The position numbers were made by a program, and so were the translations under genes. Shown piece after piece: positions 47,318-58,600 of a stretch of DNA of 64,000 bases. How positions within the stretch are numbered: position 1 is the stretch's first letter; every line of letters starts with the position of its first letter. Source of the DNA: a virus; the IMG/VR virus record IMGVR_UViG_3300047476_001680, positions 1-64,000 of that record. One strand, written 5' to 3'. The notes below the pieces were generated by a model. It made no database searches. It was not told the origin of the DNA and worked only from the letters and a program-made list of their open reading frames with translations.

Positions 47318-47615
47318 GAGTTATTTCCTGATATTGCTGATGCCAAGCGTTCATTTGTACTTGATAGTGTTGCCGGGCTAGGTCGTAGAATTCAGTTCGA
47401 TTTACCTTTACTGGATTTTCATAAACGTCTGCCAGAAATAATTCCTCATCAGGCCAGGTTGCCACAAAGGATAATAATTCGGGAGTTGCCAAGAACATCC
47501 CGCCATTATAAGTAAAATGCAGATTGGTTTTTATTGCTTCCCTGATTAACTTTTTGTTTATCTGGATATCAGTTGCTTGTCGCACTGATTCCGCTAGCTG
47601 ACTTATTGAATTCAT
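47301..47615 (-). CDS. Hypothetical protein, first gene of the tailoring operon
   Basis: 104 aa, downstream of the promoter at 47643-47671. Confidence 0.65.
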   Translation of the reverse strand: MNSISQLAESVRQATDIQINKKLIREAIKTNLHFTYNGGMFLATPELLSFVATWPDEELFLADVYENPVKVNRTEFYDLARQHYQVQMNAWHQQYQEITRVRKV

Positions 47616-47630
47616 AATTTAAATGTGATA

Positions 47631-47671
47631 AAGGCCTACAGTAGTATACTATAGGCCTTGAGCAGTGTCAA
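47631..47671 (-). promoter_or_regulatory. Terminator-like 13-bp hairpin superimposed on a sigma70 promoter
   Basis: - strand TTGACA-17-TATACT; stem AAGGCCTATAGTA-tac-TACTGTAGGCCTT with the -10 box over the loop. Confidence 0.65.
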
Positions 47672-47691
47672 TATTTTATTGGTAATTGCTT

Positions 47692-48642
47692 TTAGGTAAT
47701 TGTTATAGTACCCCAAGTGTTTGCCAAGAAAGTTGTTTCTGGTGGTACGATATCGATTCTAGTAGTAATGGTACCAGAAATATCATCGCTAGTAGTGTCT
47801 GCACCAGATTCAGCAGACTGGAATCCTTGGTTGATTGTGTAGGTAAAAGTTAACACATTACCCACATCCAGGTAGGTGGCGTCCTGTTGGCCATTGGTTC
47901 TTAGTCTTAGGGTAACGTTACTATCAGTATATTGAGCTGTAGTGGCTGTTGCCTGGAATAAAGTAACGTTAGATGAGGTCAATTGCCAGTAGCCCACGTT
48001 AGTTGTGTCAGTGACTGAACCGCCACCAGTGCCTGATCTTGCAGAAGCATTGCCACCGCGAATAGTCTTGGCAGTCATCATTGGCTGGAAAGCCACGAAT
48101 GTCGCGCCCCTTGAGGTGGAGTCAGTTCTAGTAATTGCAGGCACATTGAAAACAATGGCGCCACCAGCATTAAAGAAGAATCTGGCTGCATCTGGACTGG
48201 CAAAGCTTACTGTCCTGGTAACGTTTACAGTGTACAGTGCAGAAGAAGTTGTAGAATAAGAAGCGTTGGCATTGGTGCCAGTAATAGTTGTACCCACTGC
48301 GCTGTAGTTATTACGATTGGTATAAGCTGTGGTTAAGTTACCAGTGACCTGACTGTAAAAAGTAATAGTGTCACCAGCAACAGGCAAAGTGGTAATAATG
48401 TTTGCACCAGAATCTTGATGTCGACGCATTTGGTTTAAATCATTAAAAAACTCTGACCATTGAGTAGCAGTAACAGTGTTGCCCACTGTTACGTTTGCAG
48501 GCACTACTTGTCCATAGCCGCTGTCACCTTTTCCTCTACCCCAGACAGTGGCAAGTTCTCCGGATATTTTGGCGCCGGCATTACTTCCTATAAAACTATT
48601 ATAGTCAGATGCTTGAATTAAACCAGTTTGTGCGTAAGTCAT
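47692..48642 (-). CDS. Virion structural protein (tail/baseplate-associated)
   Basis: T/S/G/N-rich; TVTATQW and ARFFFNAGG motifs; structural gene context. Confidence 0.65.
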   Translation of the reverse strand: MTYAQTGLIQASDYNSFIGSNAGAKISGELATVWGRGKGDSGYGQVVPANVTVGNTVTATQWSEFFNDLNQMRRHQDSGANIITTLPVAGDTITFYSQVTGNLTTAYTNRNNYSAVGTTITGTNANASYSTTSSALYTVNVTRTVSFASPDAARFFFNAGGAIVFNVPAITRTDSTSRGATFVAFQPMMTAKTIRGGNASARSGTGGGSVTDTTNVGYWQLTSSNVTLFQATATTAQYTDSNVTLRLRTNGQQDATYLDVGNVLTFTYTINQGFQSAESGADTTSDDISGTITTRIDIVPPETTFLANTWGTITIT

Positions 48643-48661
48643 ATCTTATTCCTAAAATTTC

Positions 48662-48668
48662 TATTTAA
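48662..48668 (-). promoter_or_regulatory. Candidate late promoter TTAAATA
   Basis: 20 nt before ATG 48642. Confidence 0.45.
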
Positions 48669-50164
48669 ATATTTATTCTAACGATAGCCAGCACTGTATT
48701 TTCTCCCTCGTCTTTTTTATCTTCAAGAGATCTACCTATAACGTTAAATGGGGTAACTTCCTCAGATTTGGCGGCACGGGCCAGACCGTTTCCTGCAGAT
48801 ACCAAGCGATCTCCTTTGGAGACAGCGCCAATGGCTCTTACTGGGACGCGACCTGATAGTACTACCGCAGGATGTGATTTTTCGTCACCAACTTCTGAGT
48901 TCATTAAGTATGCGGGAGCAGTACTGATTACTCCAAGAACATCTTGACTCAGTTCTTGTGTTTCCAGAGTGACTTCATAGAAACCACCCACACGCACTAA
49001 TGTGCCAGGTTGGTAAACATTATCTGCTGCAAATCTTTCGGCCAAGTCAGCGTATTCGGCTGAACTAGCTCTACCTTGGAGAGTGACTGCTGTAATAGTG
49101 TTAGCAAATACATTACTAAAGTATCTAGTACTACTACCTATTGTACCACTTATATTAGATGCAGGTATTACATTACTGGTGTTTATAGTTACATTACCAA
49201 CAACTACACTGGAAGTTGCGGCATAGGTGGCTGCTTGCACCTGTGTATTAGAGTAAATTCTCAGTGCTTCTACACTGCTACCAGAATTGACGACGTTTAC
49301 TGCAATGTCACCGCTGTTAACGGTGTTTTGTAACCTTACTAAACTGGTTGATCCGCCCACAATTCGGAACTGGCTGGCATTACCAAAACTTACACCAGCC
49401 TCATTGGTAGAAGAAAACTGTATGGCGCCGCTCAAGACTTGGCCATTGCCTGTTGTGGTGACATAGGCGTTGGCATCAATATTACCTAGTTTATCTGAAT
49501 TAGTGGCAGTTCCGACTAGTTTAACGTTGGCACTGCTAAATGTGAAACCTGTATATAAGTTGGCATTAGAACCAAAAGATGTCGTAATGTCCGTGGTTAA
49601 TGTGCTGGCATCTGACCCCATTGTGAAATCACTGCCGCTCAGGACTGCCACAACATTGCCATCAATATAGAATGCTGTGACAGTTTTACTTGCCCCCACA
49701 CTACTATCAACTGTACCAGTTACCGTGCCACTGGTGCCGGCATTACTACTAAATGTGCTTTCACCAACTTTGACCCAGGCGTTGCCATTGTAAATTTTTA
49801 GTGCTTTGTTAGCTGGATCTGTGGTCTTGTCAAACCAAAGGTCGCCTTCTTTGACAGTGGCTGAAGCTGCTACTACATTACTGATAGTCAGCTTGGCCAG
49901 ACTGTTAAATCGAGTGCCATCATATACTTTAAGTGACAAGTTGGCTTTATCGTACCATAACTGACCGGTTAAAATATTTGTGGGATTGGGCTGCGTATCG
50001 CTGGCAAAATTTTCAGTAATTCTTAGAAAATTTTGATTCAGGGCTGGGCCGTAATCTGCTGAGTTTTTACCAATGAACTGAACTACATAGTCAGTGGTAG
50101 GAGTAACTAGACCTGCACTAATTGACAGTGGGGTGCCGTCTTGTTTATTAATTGTATATGCCAT
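48665..50164 (-). CDS. Baseplate-anchored fibre protein with C-terminal chaperone/peptidase-like domain
   Basis: NQNFLRITENFA and GQLWYD N-domain; YADLAE...GVISTAPAYLMN...GRVPV C-domain. Confidence 0.7.
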   Translation of the reverse strand: MAYTINKQDGTPLSISAGLVTPTTDYVVQFIGKNSADYGPALNQNFLRITENFASDTQPNPTNILTGQLWYDKANLSLKVYDGTRFNSLAKLTISNVVAASATVKEGDLWFDKTTDPANKALKIYNGNAWVKVGESTFSSNAGTSGTVTGTVDSSVGASKTVTAFYIDGNVVAVLSGSDFTMGSDASTLTTDITTSFGSNANLYTGFTFSSANVKLVGTATNSDKLGNIDANAYVTTTGNGQVLSGAIQFSSTNEAGVSFGNASQFRIVGGSTSLVRLQNTVNSGDIAVNVVNSGSSVEALRIYSNTQVQAATYAATSSVVVGNVTINTSNVIPASNISGTIGSSTRYFSNVFANTITAVTLQGRASSAEYADLAERFAADNVYQPGTLVRVGGFYEVTLETQELSQDVLGVISTAPAYLMNSEVGDEKSHPAVVLSGRVPVRAIGAVSKGDRLVSAGNGLARAAKSEEVTPFNVIGRSLEDKKDEGENTVLAIVRINI

Positions 50165-50186
50165 TGTTCTAATCCAATAATAAGTG

Positions 50187-50193
50187 TATTTAT
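50187..50193 (-). promoter_or_regulatory. Candidate late promoter ATAAATA
   Basis: Intergenic, 23 nt before ATG 50164. Confidence 0.55.
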
Positions 50194-50202
50194 CCCTAGT
50201 CG

Positions 50203-50838
50203 TTAAGCATTGCTTGTGAGGTTAGTCAAACTTTGAATTCTTATAGTATAATCAATTTGAATTAACCTGTTCAGCGCCTTCTGAACTGGATGAAATATAA
50301 CGTGTGTGAGTAATCTTCCTGTTTTTTGCACAGAGCTTTCAGTATAGGGATCATTTGACACTATACCAAGCTCGTCAAATACGAAGTCGCCGCTTAGAGT
50401 AGCACTATTGTCAAAAGCAGCTTGTCCAGCAGGCTCTGAGTAATCCAAGAGGCAGCTGATAAAAATATCCGTGTAGACTGTGCCGTCGGTGTGGCGCACC
50501 TCTACGAAATTTTTGGCTGTATCTGTATTAAGTGGGCTGTTATTGTCCACTACTTTAAAATAGGTTTGGTTGTAGAGATCAGCGTTTCTTCCGTCGCTGG
50601 TATTTGTTTTAGTTGGCAAATACGTCACTATACCCGTGCTGTCAATGGCTGTGGCGCCGTTGCCAAAGGCCATAAGGTAAATAGTACCCAACCCTTTGTT
50701 GGCGAAGCTCTTGGCCAGGGCTTCACTCATATTTTCAAAATGAATAGCATTGGACTTGTCAACAAATACTTCCGCAGTGACAGGGTCAAATATTTTAATA
50801 TGCCCCATCATCATAGTATTATTTTTATCAAACATCAC
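50203..50838 (-). CDS. Putative baseplate/tail structural protein
   Basis: FDELG and LLTHVIFHPVQK...IDYTIRI motifs; structural gene context. Confidence 0.65.
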   Translation of the reverse strand: MMFDKNNTMMMGHIKIFDPVTAEVFVDKSNAIHFENMSEALAKSFANKGLGTIYLMAFGNGATAIDSTGIVTYLPTKTNTSDGRNADLYNQTYFKVVDNNSPLNTDTAKNFVEVRHTDGTVYTDIFISCLLDYSEPAGQAAFDNSATLSGDFVFDELGIVSNDPYTESSVQKTGRLLTHVIFHPVQKALNRLIQIDYTIRIQSLTNLTSNA

Positions 50839-50985
50839 TTAGTTTCCAGTTTCAACAATGGTTTGCCCCGATTCGGGGTCAGTTATCTTTAGAAATCCAC
50901 GAACATAGATGCCGCTAAGGTCATCTGGTTTTGTCTCGGGTGTGGGTTTTTCCTGATCTCTTTCAGTATTTTCATTATTTATCAT
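50839..50985 (-). CDS. 48-aa microprotein, not in the supplied ORF track
   Basis: MINNENTERDQEKPTPETKPDDLSGIYVRGFLKITDPESGQTIVETGN; ATGA overlap with the upstream stop. Confidence 0.6.
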   Translation of the reverse strand: MINNENTERDQEKPTPETKPDDLSGIYVRGFLKITDPESGQTIVETGN

Positions 50986-52574
50986 AATATCATAGCCCAG
51001 ATTTTATGTAATCCCTGCTGGTCACTGTTCTCTAAACTCTTGGCAAACACTGCATTGGAGTCATAACTTTCAGTTAGATTACGAACAGATACAGCGTACC
51101 CAGCTACGTCACTGGTTACAAGTAGATCACCTTTCTGCACTGGTCCTTTGACATTGACTGGGATTTTCCCACGTAGTGCAAGCGGTAGACCTTGTTCGTC
51201 ACCATTCATCAGATATGCGGGATTAGTAGATATAGCGCCAGCCACACGGGTGTCTGCGTTGATCGTTGTCACTGTAATTTCTGCACTACCTCCAAAAATT
51301 ACCACAGTGCCAGCGTCATATTGTGAGTCAGGTACATATATCTCTGCTAAGTCAGCGTACTGTGCACTGGTGGCCTTGGCGTGCAAAGTATTAAATCTAT
51401 TATCAATCTGCCCAATGTTGCCAATGTTACTAGTGCCTGTTTTAACAATCTGACTGACTGTTAAACTTGTGGCGAACTCGCCAGTGGGGGCCACTACACT
51501 TGTATTTGCATTTAAATTAGCAGCAGTGATATTTCCATTTGCAGACAAAATACCAGCACGTACATTACTGGAAATTACTGTGCCTATTAGGTTACCAGCT
51601 GTCACATTAGTAGCTATGACAAACCTTGTATTAATAGTTGAAATGTGAGCATTGCTGAACCAATTAGCTGTGTTGCCTATGTTGGCCACATTCGCCGCAG
51701 TGGGCACAATAGCGTTGGCTGTAAGTGCAAATAAATCAATATACCCGTTTCCTGCAAATATATTATTGTATCTATTAGTTGTATTACCCAAGGTCCCAGA
51801 TAGGTTTGATATGGGCGACACTTCTGCCAGTGTAGTTACATTACCAGTCAAGGTACTTGTTGTGTTAACAATGAGTTTATCAGCGGTTATGTAATTGCTT
51901 ATGGTTGCCACAGGTGTGGTCAAAGTTGTATTTGACAGTATGCTGGTTGCTGTTAACACGTTTCCATTGATATCGCCCTGTGCTGTCAAAATTCCCTGCA
52001 GATGTATGTTGCCAGCCACGCCCACGCCGCCTGCCACCCTTAGGGCACCAGTAGTACTAGATATAGAGTTAGTAGCATTACCGACCACAACCTCACCAGT
52101 GGAAAAAGTACCCAAAATACTGTTAGCACTAATTACACCATTTGCATTACTTGCTCCTGAACCGAACCAAGTTAAGTAATTTGTGTCTGGCTGTAAAACC
52201 AGTGCAGCAACATCAGGGGCAGCGTTGGCCACATAATAAAGTCTTACACCCACGCTTTTATTATTTGCTGTGATTACATTGGGCAGGGTAAGATTAGCAT
52301 CTGTTTGCACTTCGATCAAGTTGCTAGCTGAGGATACTGATGTCAGTGTTACAGTAGTTTGATTGGGGGCAAAAAGTGTTCCATTTACAGTAACATTACC
52401 AGAGTATGTAATATCCCCAGTGGTTATGAAGCTTTTTAAGTTGGTCAAACTTACCTGATAGGTCATTAGGTTACCAGTGGTAAGATTCGACGCTACCACT
52501 GGAAGACTGCCTCCCGTGGACACCAAGGTTGCAACTGATACGTCATCATTGAGTTGACTAATTTTTACTGACAT
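50982..52574 (-). CDS. Tail fibre-like protein with C-terminal chaperone/peptidase-like domain
   Basis: VKISQL start; TGALRVAGGVGVAGNI fibre motif; YADLAE C-domain. Confidence 0.7.
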   Translation of the reverse strand: MSVKISQLNDDVSVATLVSTGGSLPVVASNLTTGNLMTYQVSLTNLKSFITTGDITYSGNVTVNGTLFAPNQTTVTLTSVSSASNLIEVQTDANLTLPNVITANNKSVGVRLYYVANAAPDVAALVLQPDTNYLTWFGSGASNANGVISANSILGTFSTGEVVVGNATNSISSTTGALRVAGGVGVAGNIHLQGILTAQGDINGNVLTATSILSNTTLTTPVATISNYITADKLIVNTTSTLTGNVTTLAEVSPISNLSGTLGNTTNRYNNIFAGNGYIDLFALTANAIVPTAANVANIGNTANWFSNAHISTINTRFVIATNVTAGNLIGTVISSNVRAGILSANGNITAANLNANTSVVAPTGEFATSLTVSQIVKTGTSNIGNIGQIDNRFNTLHAKATSAQYADLAEIYVPDSQYDAGTVVIFGGSAEITVTTINADTRVAGAISTNPAYLMNGDEQGLPLALRGKIPVNVKGPVQKGDLLVTSDVAGYAVSVRNLTESYDSNAVFAKSLENSDQQGLHKIWAMIL

Positions 52575-52595
52575 TTTTTATTCCAATCGTTTCTA

Positions 52596-52602
52596 TATTT
52601 AT
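52596..52602 (-). promoter_or_regulatory. Candidate late promoter ATAAATA
   Basis: Intergenic, 22 nt before ATG 52574. Confidence 0.5.
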
Positions 52603-52624
52603 TTGTATCTATAAACTGCATATA

Positions 52625-55600
52625 TTAACTGGTTAAACCCTTGATGAATCTAATATATGGGGTATTACTATTAAATATTCCCGTATTAGACGCTGGTGCG
52701 TTGGCCAAAGTCTCAACTGTGATATTTTCCAAACTAGCTTCAGTAATTACCACCACATTGGATTCAGTTAAAATAGGACTATCAGCGTATCCTTGTTCGT
52801 TGAATACTCCAGTACGGACAGCATTATTAACTGAGGTAAACGTATAGGTAATCGGAGGACCAAAATTAGCCCCTTCAAATCGTTTCCCAAACTCAACACC
52901 AGCTACATTTACTCTCGTAAAAGCAATATTGTCTCTGTCAGCCTTGTCTACACCTTGAACTACATCAACATTGGCACCCATATCATAGACAACTGTGCCG
53001 GCACTGTGTGAGGCCATACCAGTACCAAGAGTGCCGCGACGAATGTTACTTAGTGTATGTGTAGCAGTGTCCACATTCCAGAAAGTAATGCGTTCACCAT
53101 TTATGTAAATTACCCCGGGTATTCTGCTTGTGGGTGTGTTAACTGGCAATGACAACACTGCGCTGTTTGCAACCACAATGGTGTTGGAGTTTGCAGTAAT
53201 ATCTGAAGCCAATGTGGTTCTGTCTAGCACATAGTCTGCTCTGTAATATCTATAAATGTCCTCACCGTCCTGAATCTCAGTGAATCTAGGAAGGTTTTTA
53301 TAGGACTGTATAGACTTATGAATTCTATAGCTAAACACATTGTTAGTTGTCTCCCAGTAGGGACGAGACAGTCTTGGATATATGATCGCTGGTCTTAAGT
53401 TACCACCAGTGACTGTGATCACAGGGTTATCCAGATATCGTAGACCTGGCTGACTGATGGATATTCCCACGATTGATCCCAGATTGTCCAAGATAATACC
53501 GTCTGTGGTTATTGTAGCAGTCACCAAAGCATTTCCAGAAGTTACAGTGACATTTACCGAAGAAATACCATCCTTGGTATAACCAAGACCGCCGTCTTCA
53601 ATGAATACCCCATCAAGAGTCATACCAATGGAATTATACCAGTTAGTGTACTCAGACGACAACGGGTCAACGTTCGCAGTTGTGATAGTCATTACCACGG
53701 AATCAAACATCCTACCGGGAACTAGTTCTTCTGGTGAATGGCTGTTGTAAGGATCTACGTAGTCCCCACCATCTATTTCTATAACACTGGCGTTACTTGA
53801 AAAACTAGTATCAAATGCGGTGTTGGCCAGTGGTGGCCCACCATCAATGATTCTATCCAGCAAGTCTTCATCAAATACAAAGACGCCATCTTCATTTCTA
53901 GCCTGAGCATCAAAGTTATCTTCGTCAAACTCATTAGAGCTGACATCGAATCCACCGGACTCTGAAAAATATGGACTATCTAGCAACACTCTAGGATAAT
54001 CTATTCCTGACTGCAATAATGCTAGATTTTTTCCAGGTCTTCCAATGTCAGGATTGTAGTAGGCAGTGATTCTGTCGTTAGCGTTGTCAAAATCCCCGCC
54101 GCTTAATTCAACAAGATTTTCTGAGCTAAACAGACTGGTACTCGTAAATCCAGTGCTCACACGGTAGGCAACATTATTAAATGTCACAATGTCATTCTCA
54201 CTGAATACAGTATTTGCTGACCAGGTCAACACATTGCTAGAGTAAGTTATTCTATCGTAGACTAAAGTAGTTTTAATCTTTCTCACTGTTTTATTATCTA
54301 AAACAGGATAAAGTCTAGCAGCGTTACCACCAAAACTTAAAGTGATATTTGGGGTAGTATAATAACCGCTACCAGGATATGTAACTATCACGCTGGTCAC
54401 ACTGCCATTGGCAACCAGTGCTCGAGCTCTTGCGTCGTCATTGGTCATACTACCTGAGAAGGTAATAGTGGGCGGGTCAGCATAACCAGAACCACCATCA
54501 ACCACCCTCACTTCACTCACATAGTAATCGTGATTGTTTTTCCAGTAAGAGTTAACGCTGGTATTCAGAGCATCAAGGTCCTGTGGATATACTGAACCAC
54601 CAGTGGCGAAGGACGTGGGGCTTCGGAATAATCCCAATTCACCATCATAGTAGGGCACAACATCAAAGTCTGACACATTTAAATTATTGTTTTCTGTTTT
54701 TTCGTAGTTAAAAACATATTCTCTAATAGTTGACCTATAGGGCTTAACTTCTTCAACATATTGTTTATAGTTGTCTTGATTATTTCTACGATACAGTGGA
54801 AGTTCTTCAAGGTTAGCAACTTTATGAATAATATTAATAAAGCTAGTTTTAAATGCCCAGTCCACCAGCTTCTGTTCATTGAATATGTAGTGAACAAATA
54901 CAAAGAATAACTCAGTGAATTTCTGGCTTAGTTCATTGATAAAGATGTTATTTCTTAAAGCTTCTACAATAGTTCTCATTTCCACAGTGGGAGTTCTGTC
55001 GAATGTCGAACTTTCAAAACTTCCAGTATCAAAACTATACCCGTATTTTTCGTAATCGTAAAGATTATCCTTGAATTGGATAGTTCCTGACTGTATACCA
55101 ATAATACGTAAATCTTGATCGGTCACTAGTAAAAGAATCCATTTATTTTGACCGTTATTTTTAATTTTTATTATGTCACCAGTGGTCAATCTACTGGTTA
55201 TATCGTTTAAGTTGATGGTAGCTTCAATGGTAAAGTTCGGAACTGTCAGTGCACTATAACCAACTGCGTACCAGTCAGTGTACTCCCAATAATCTGCAAC
55301 ATCATAACTCTGAATGCGCAGTAGTCTCCAACCATCAGTTCTTAGATTTTCGTACAGAGCCCAGTGATTGCCCACTGTGGAATCGTTAACTACGAGGACA
55401 CGATAGCCCAAGGGTGTTGTCAGAGGATTTACAAATCCAAATTCTAGATTGTTTTCACAGCGCAGATCGTACTCACCAAGAGTAATGTCAGGAAGTGGTT
55501 CGCCACCACTGATGGACTCCAGATCAAAACCGCGAGTAACCACGGTCTGCTTGAGTACTTCATTGACGTAGTCAACCATATTAGCAATAGCTTGCTCACG

Positions 55601-58600
55601 CTTGACGAACATAGTTTGTCTTGGTCTGTTGCTGATACCGTATTTTAACTGAACTGGCAGAGCAGCATCGGGAACAATATTATCGTAGACATCAACCCCA
55701 CTAAGACTATCAAGTAATTTATTATAGATTACTTGTGGTATGTTGGCAGGTTTGTCGCCCGTGGGTGACAACAATGAAAACTCACGATGAATAATATCTT
55801 GATTAATTTTGCTAGCATAATCAATATGAAGAATAATTTTGTCTGAAATTACATCTTCAAATATATTAAATAACGCCACTGCGTCATTACGCAGAGCGGC
55901 CAGGTACTTGATACCACTTCCCTTGGGGTTTCTAATATAATCAGTGACAGTCAAGCAAGATAATTTTCTTGAAGCAATCTGTGGCACGGAAATTTTATTT
56001 TTGACCCAGAAATAGTATTTTACCACTGCTAGGTTGGTCACTGTGTCAATGTAGTTAACAGATACATAGGTATCAGTGTACTTGACCTCACCATCACCGT
56101 TTAATGTAGCATACTGACTGGGAGGATAATCGCTTTCTACCCACTCATAGACGTCTATGCTACTACCTTCAAATTGTGCTCCCCAGTTATCTGTTCTGTA
56201 TTTTATGGATCCTTGTTCATAATCTACATATCTTACAGTGCCTAGGTCCCACCATAGCTGCCCCACTTGTTCTCGGCCCCACTGGAAATTCTGACTCAGT
56301 GTAATGTCAGATCTCACAGAGTTATTATAGACTGCTGGATCATAATCAGTTTTATAGGTGAGTTCTTGTTCGGCTTGGCCAAGTATTTTGCCCTTGATTG
56401 GGTCTATGTAGTCTAGGTAGTACACAACTTGGTTAGTATCTTTGTTATAAAGATAAGCTTTTACTATGCTGTTGATATCAACTCTGCCCTGTTTGCTTTC
56501 AACTTGATCCCAACCCTTGCTGCCAGTGTTGTTTTTAAAATAGAACACGCTACCGTGGTATTCTTGGGGATTTACTGTAGAGGTAAACGAGCTACTGTCT
56601 TGTGTGGCCCCAACGAATAGACTATCACCACGAACTGCCACAGCACTTCCAAATTTAATGTCAGTACTAAAGTCTACATTTATATCAGTGGGTATTAATT
56701 GCTGTGTTAGACTAAATTTACCTGGATATTCTATACTCTGTCTGCTGTCAGACAAATATTGCATTAACCATACTGCACCACTGTCAAAATTATCATTGAA
56801 CGTAGTGCTACCATCGTCAAAAGTAGTAGCTTGATCTAACTTATCCAAGGTAGAATCTGTGAAGTATTTTGTAGCTGGAGTAGTTTCAGCCAGCGCAGGA
56901 TATACATCAAAAGTAGTTTCTTTATAGGTCTTGGCCTCGGGACTACCCACTACTAACCCATCACTTGTGTCAGTGATAGCTATAGTATATCCGAATCTAT
57001 CGTAAGATGTTGCTGTGGGATTTTCTATAATTTCCACGTCCTTGAATATGTCCAGACCTAGATAGGTTATAGGACTGGTGCCACTATGTGTGCTTGGCAG
57101 GACTCTCAGTCTATCAGCAACGATGACTGCGTCACTGTTAATTTTTAGGTATCCGTTGTAATTAGACGCAGTGATACCCGGAATGCGTGTATTGTTTATG
57201 TCGTTGACAATATTGTTTAGAGTTGTACCTGTGAACTCCACCACAACGTCATTGATTCTAATAGTGTCCCCAATGACAGCGGTTGGGTTAACCACAGTGC
57301 CAACGATGGTACCATAGACTCTAGATTGGTTTAGTAGTCTATAAACTCTTCCCACTTCAAACTTATTGTCACTGCTAAAATAAGGCACACCAACATAGAC
57401 GCTGCAATTATAAGGGCAAATATCCACACTATAACCATATTGGTCATCTGTGGCAACATTGTCAGTTCCTTTCTTGGTACCTATTAATTCAAAGTTGTTT
57501 GATTCAACTTCAATGGTACTACCATTTGCTGGCTCAGTGATAAATGACACTGTATTACCTGACACTGTATAGTCAACATTAATTGTTTGTAGTTGTCCAG
57601 TTACATAAACCTTGTTTTTGTTGTCCAAGCTATGCAGGGAAACCACGGTGAAGCTGACATTACTGGTGGTTTTATAAAAACGTTCCACACTTCTATCTAG
57701 TATACTAATACTCCCTGAGCGTGATATACCATCAACATCATCAGCAGGAGCACCAGCCACAAGTTGTCGGCCATCAGTACTGGTAGCCACAGACCAACCA
57801 AAATTACTATTGGCGTTTCCAGACACATTAGCATAATATTCATAACCTGATTTCTGTGTTACGGTTAGATTACCATAGTTGCCAGCAGTATTAATATTAA
57901 ATGTGAATGACAATACGTTTCCAGCTAGAGTATAGTCACGATAAGGAGTATAAATGAACTCCCTATCTTGAACTACCAGGAAGTCTTGACCGGCTGGTGT
58001 AAACGGTAGAGTGAAACTATTACTGCTAACAGCAACTTGCGCTGAAGTATAGCTTGTTGACTCGTCGTCTACGTCCCTGAATTGATAGATATAGACTTTA
58101 TCTTCTCCAGGTGCACCTACATACAGCCAATTATCGTCATCACTAATAGTGATACTATGACCAAACATAGATGTTGTGTTTACTGGAGAAGCAATTATAC
58201 TACGCTGTGCCAGTGCACCACGTTCGTCCTGATCAAATACAACCACTGCCCCACGATTATTTTTAGTGTACGGAGCACTGGCAATAACGATCGCATCACC
58301 ATTGGCCACGTCGTGACCCAGCCCCACTAGATCCTTGGCATTGCTGGTTATTGAACCAGTTTCTATATATTGATCATATTTGTTTCTGGCAAAGTTAACC
58401 ACGTTGCCGGTTACACTATTTGTTCCAGGACGGCCAGCGGTCAAGTACTTACCAGTACTAGATAAACTCAAAGAACTACCTAGATAACCCTGGTTACTAA
58501 GCACACTTTGTTTTAAGTTGTTTTCCAGTACCCAGGGCTCAGATTTTTCATAGATAGACCATTCATCAGCTTGGTTACCATTCTCTATGTAAATCTTGGT

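Noticed and set aside
50904-50975. Alternative short ORF MKILKEIRK...
   Set aside because: The overlapping 48-aa frame has translational coupling and similarity to the neighbouring gene.
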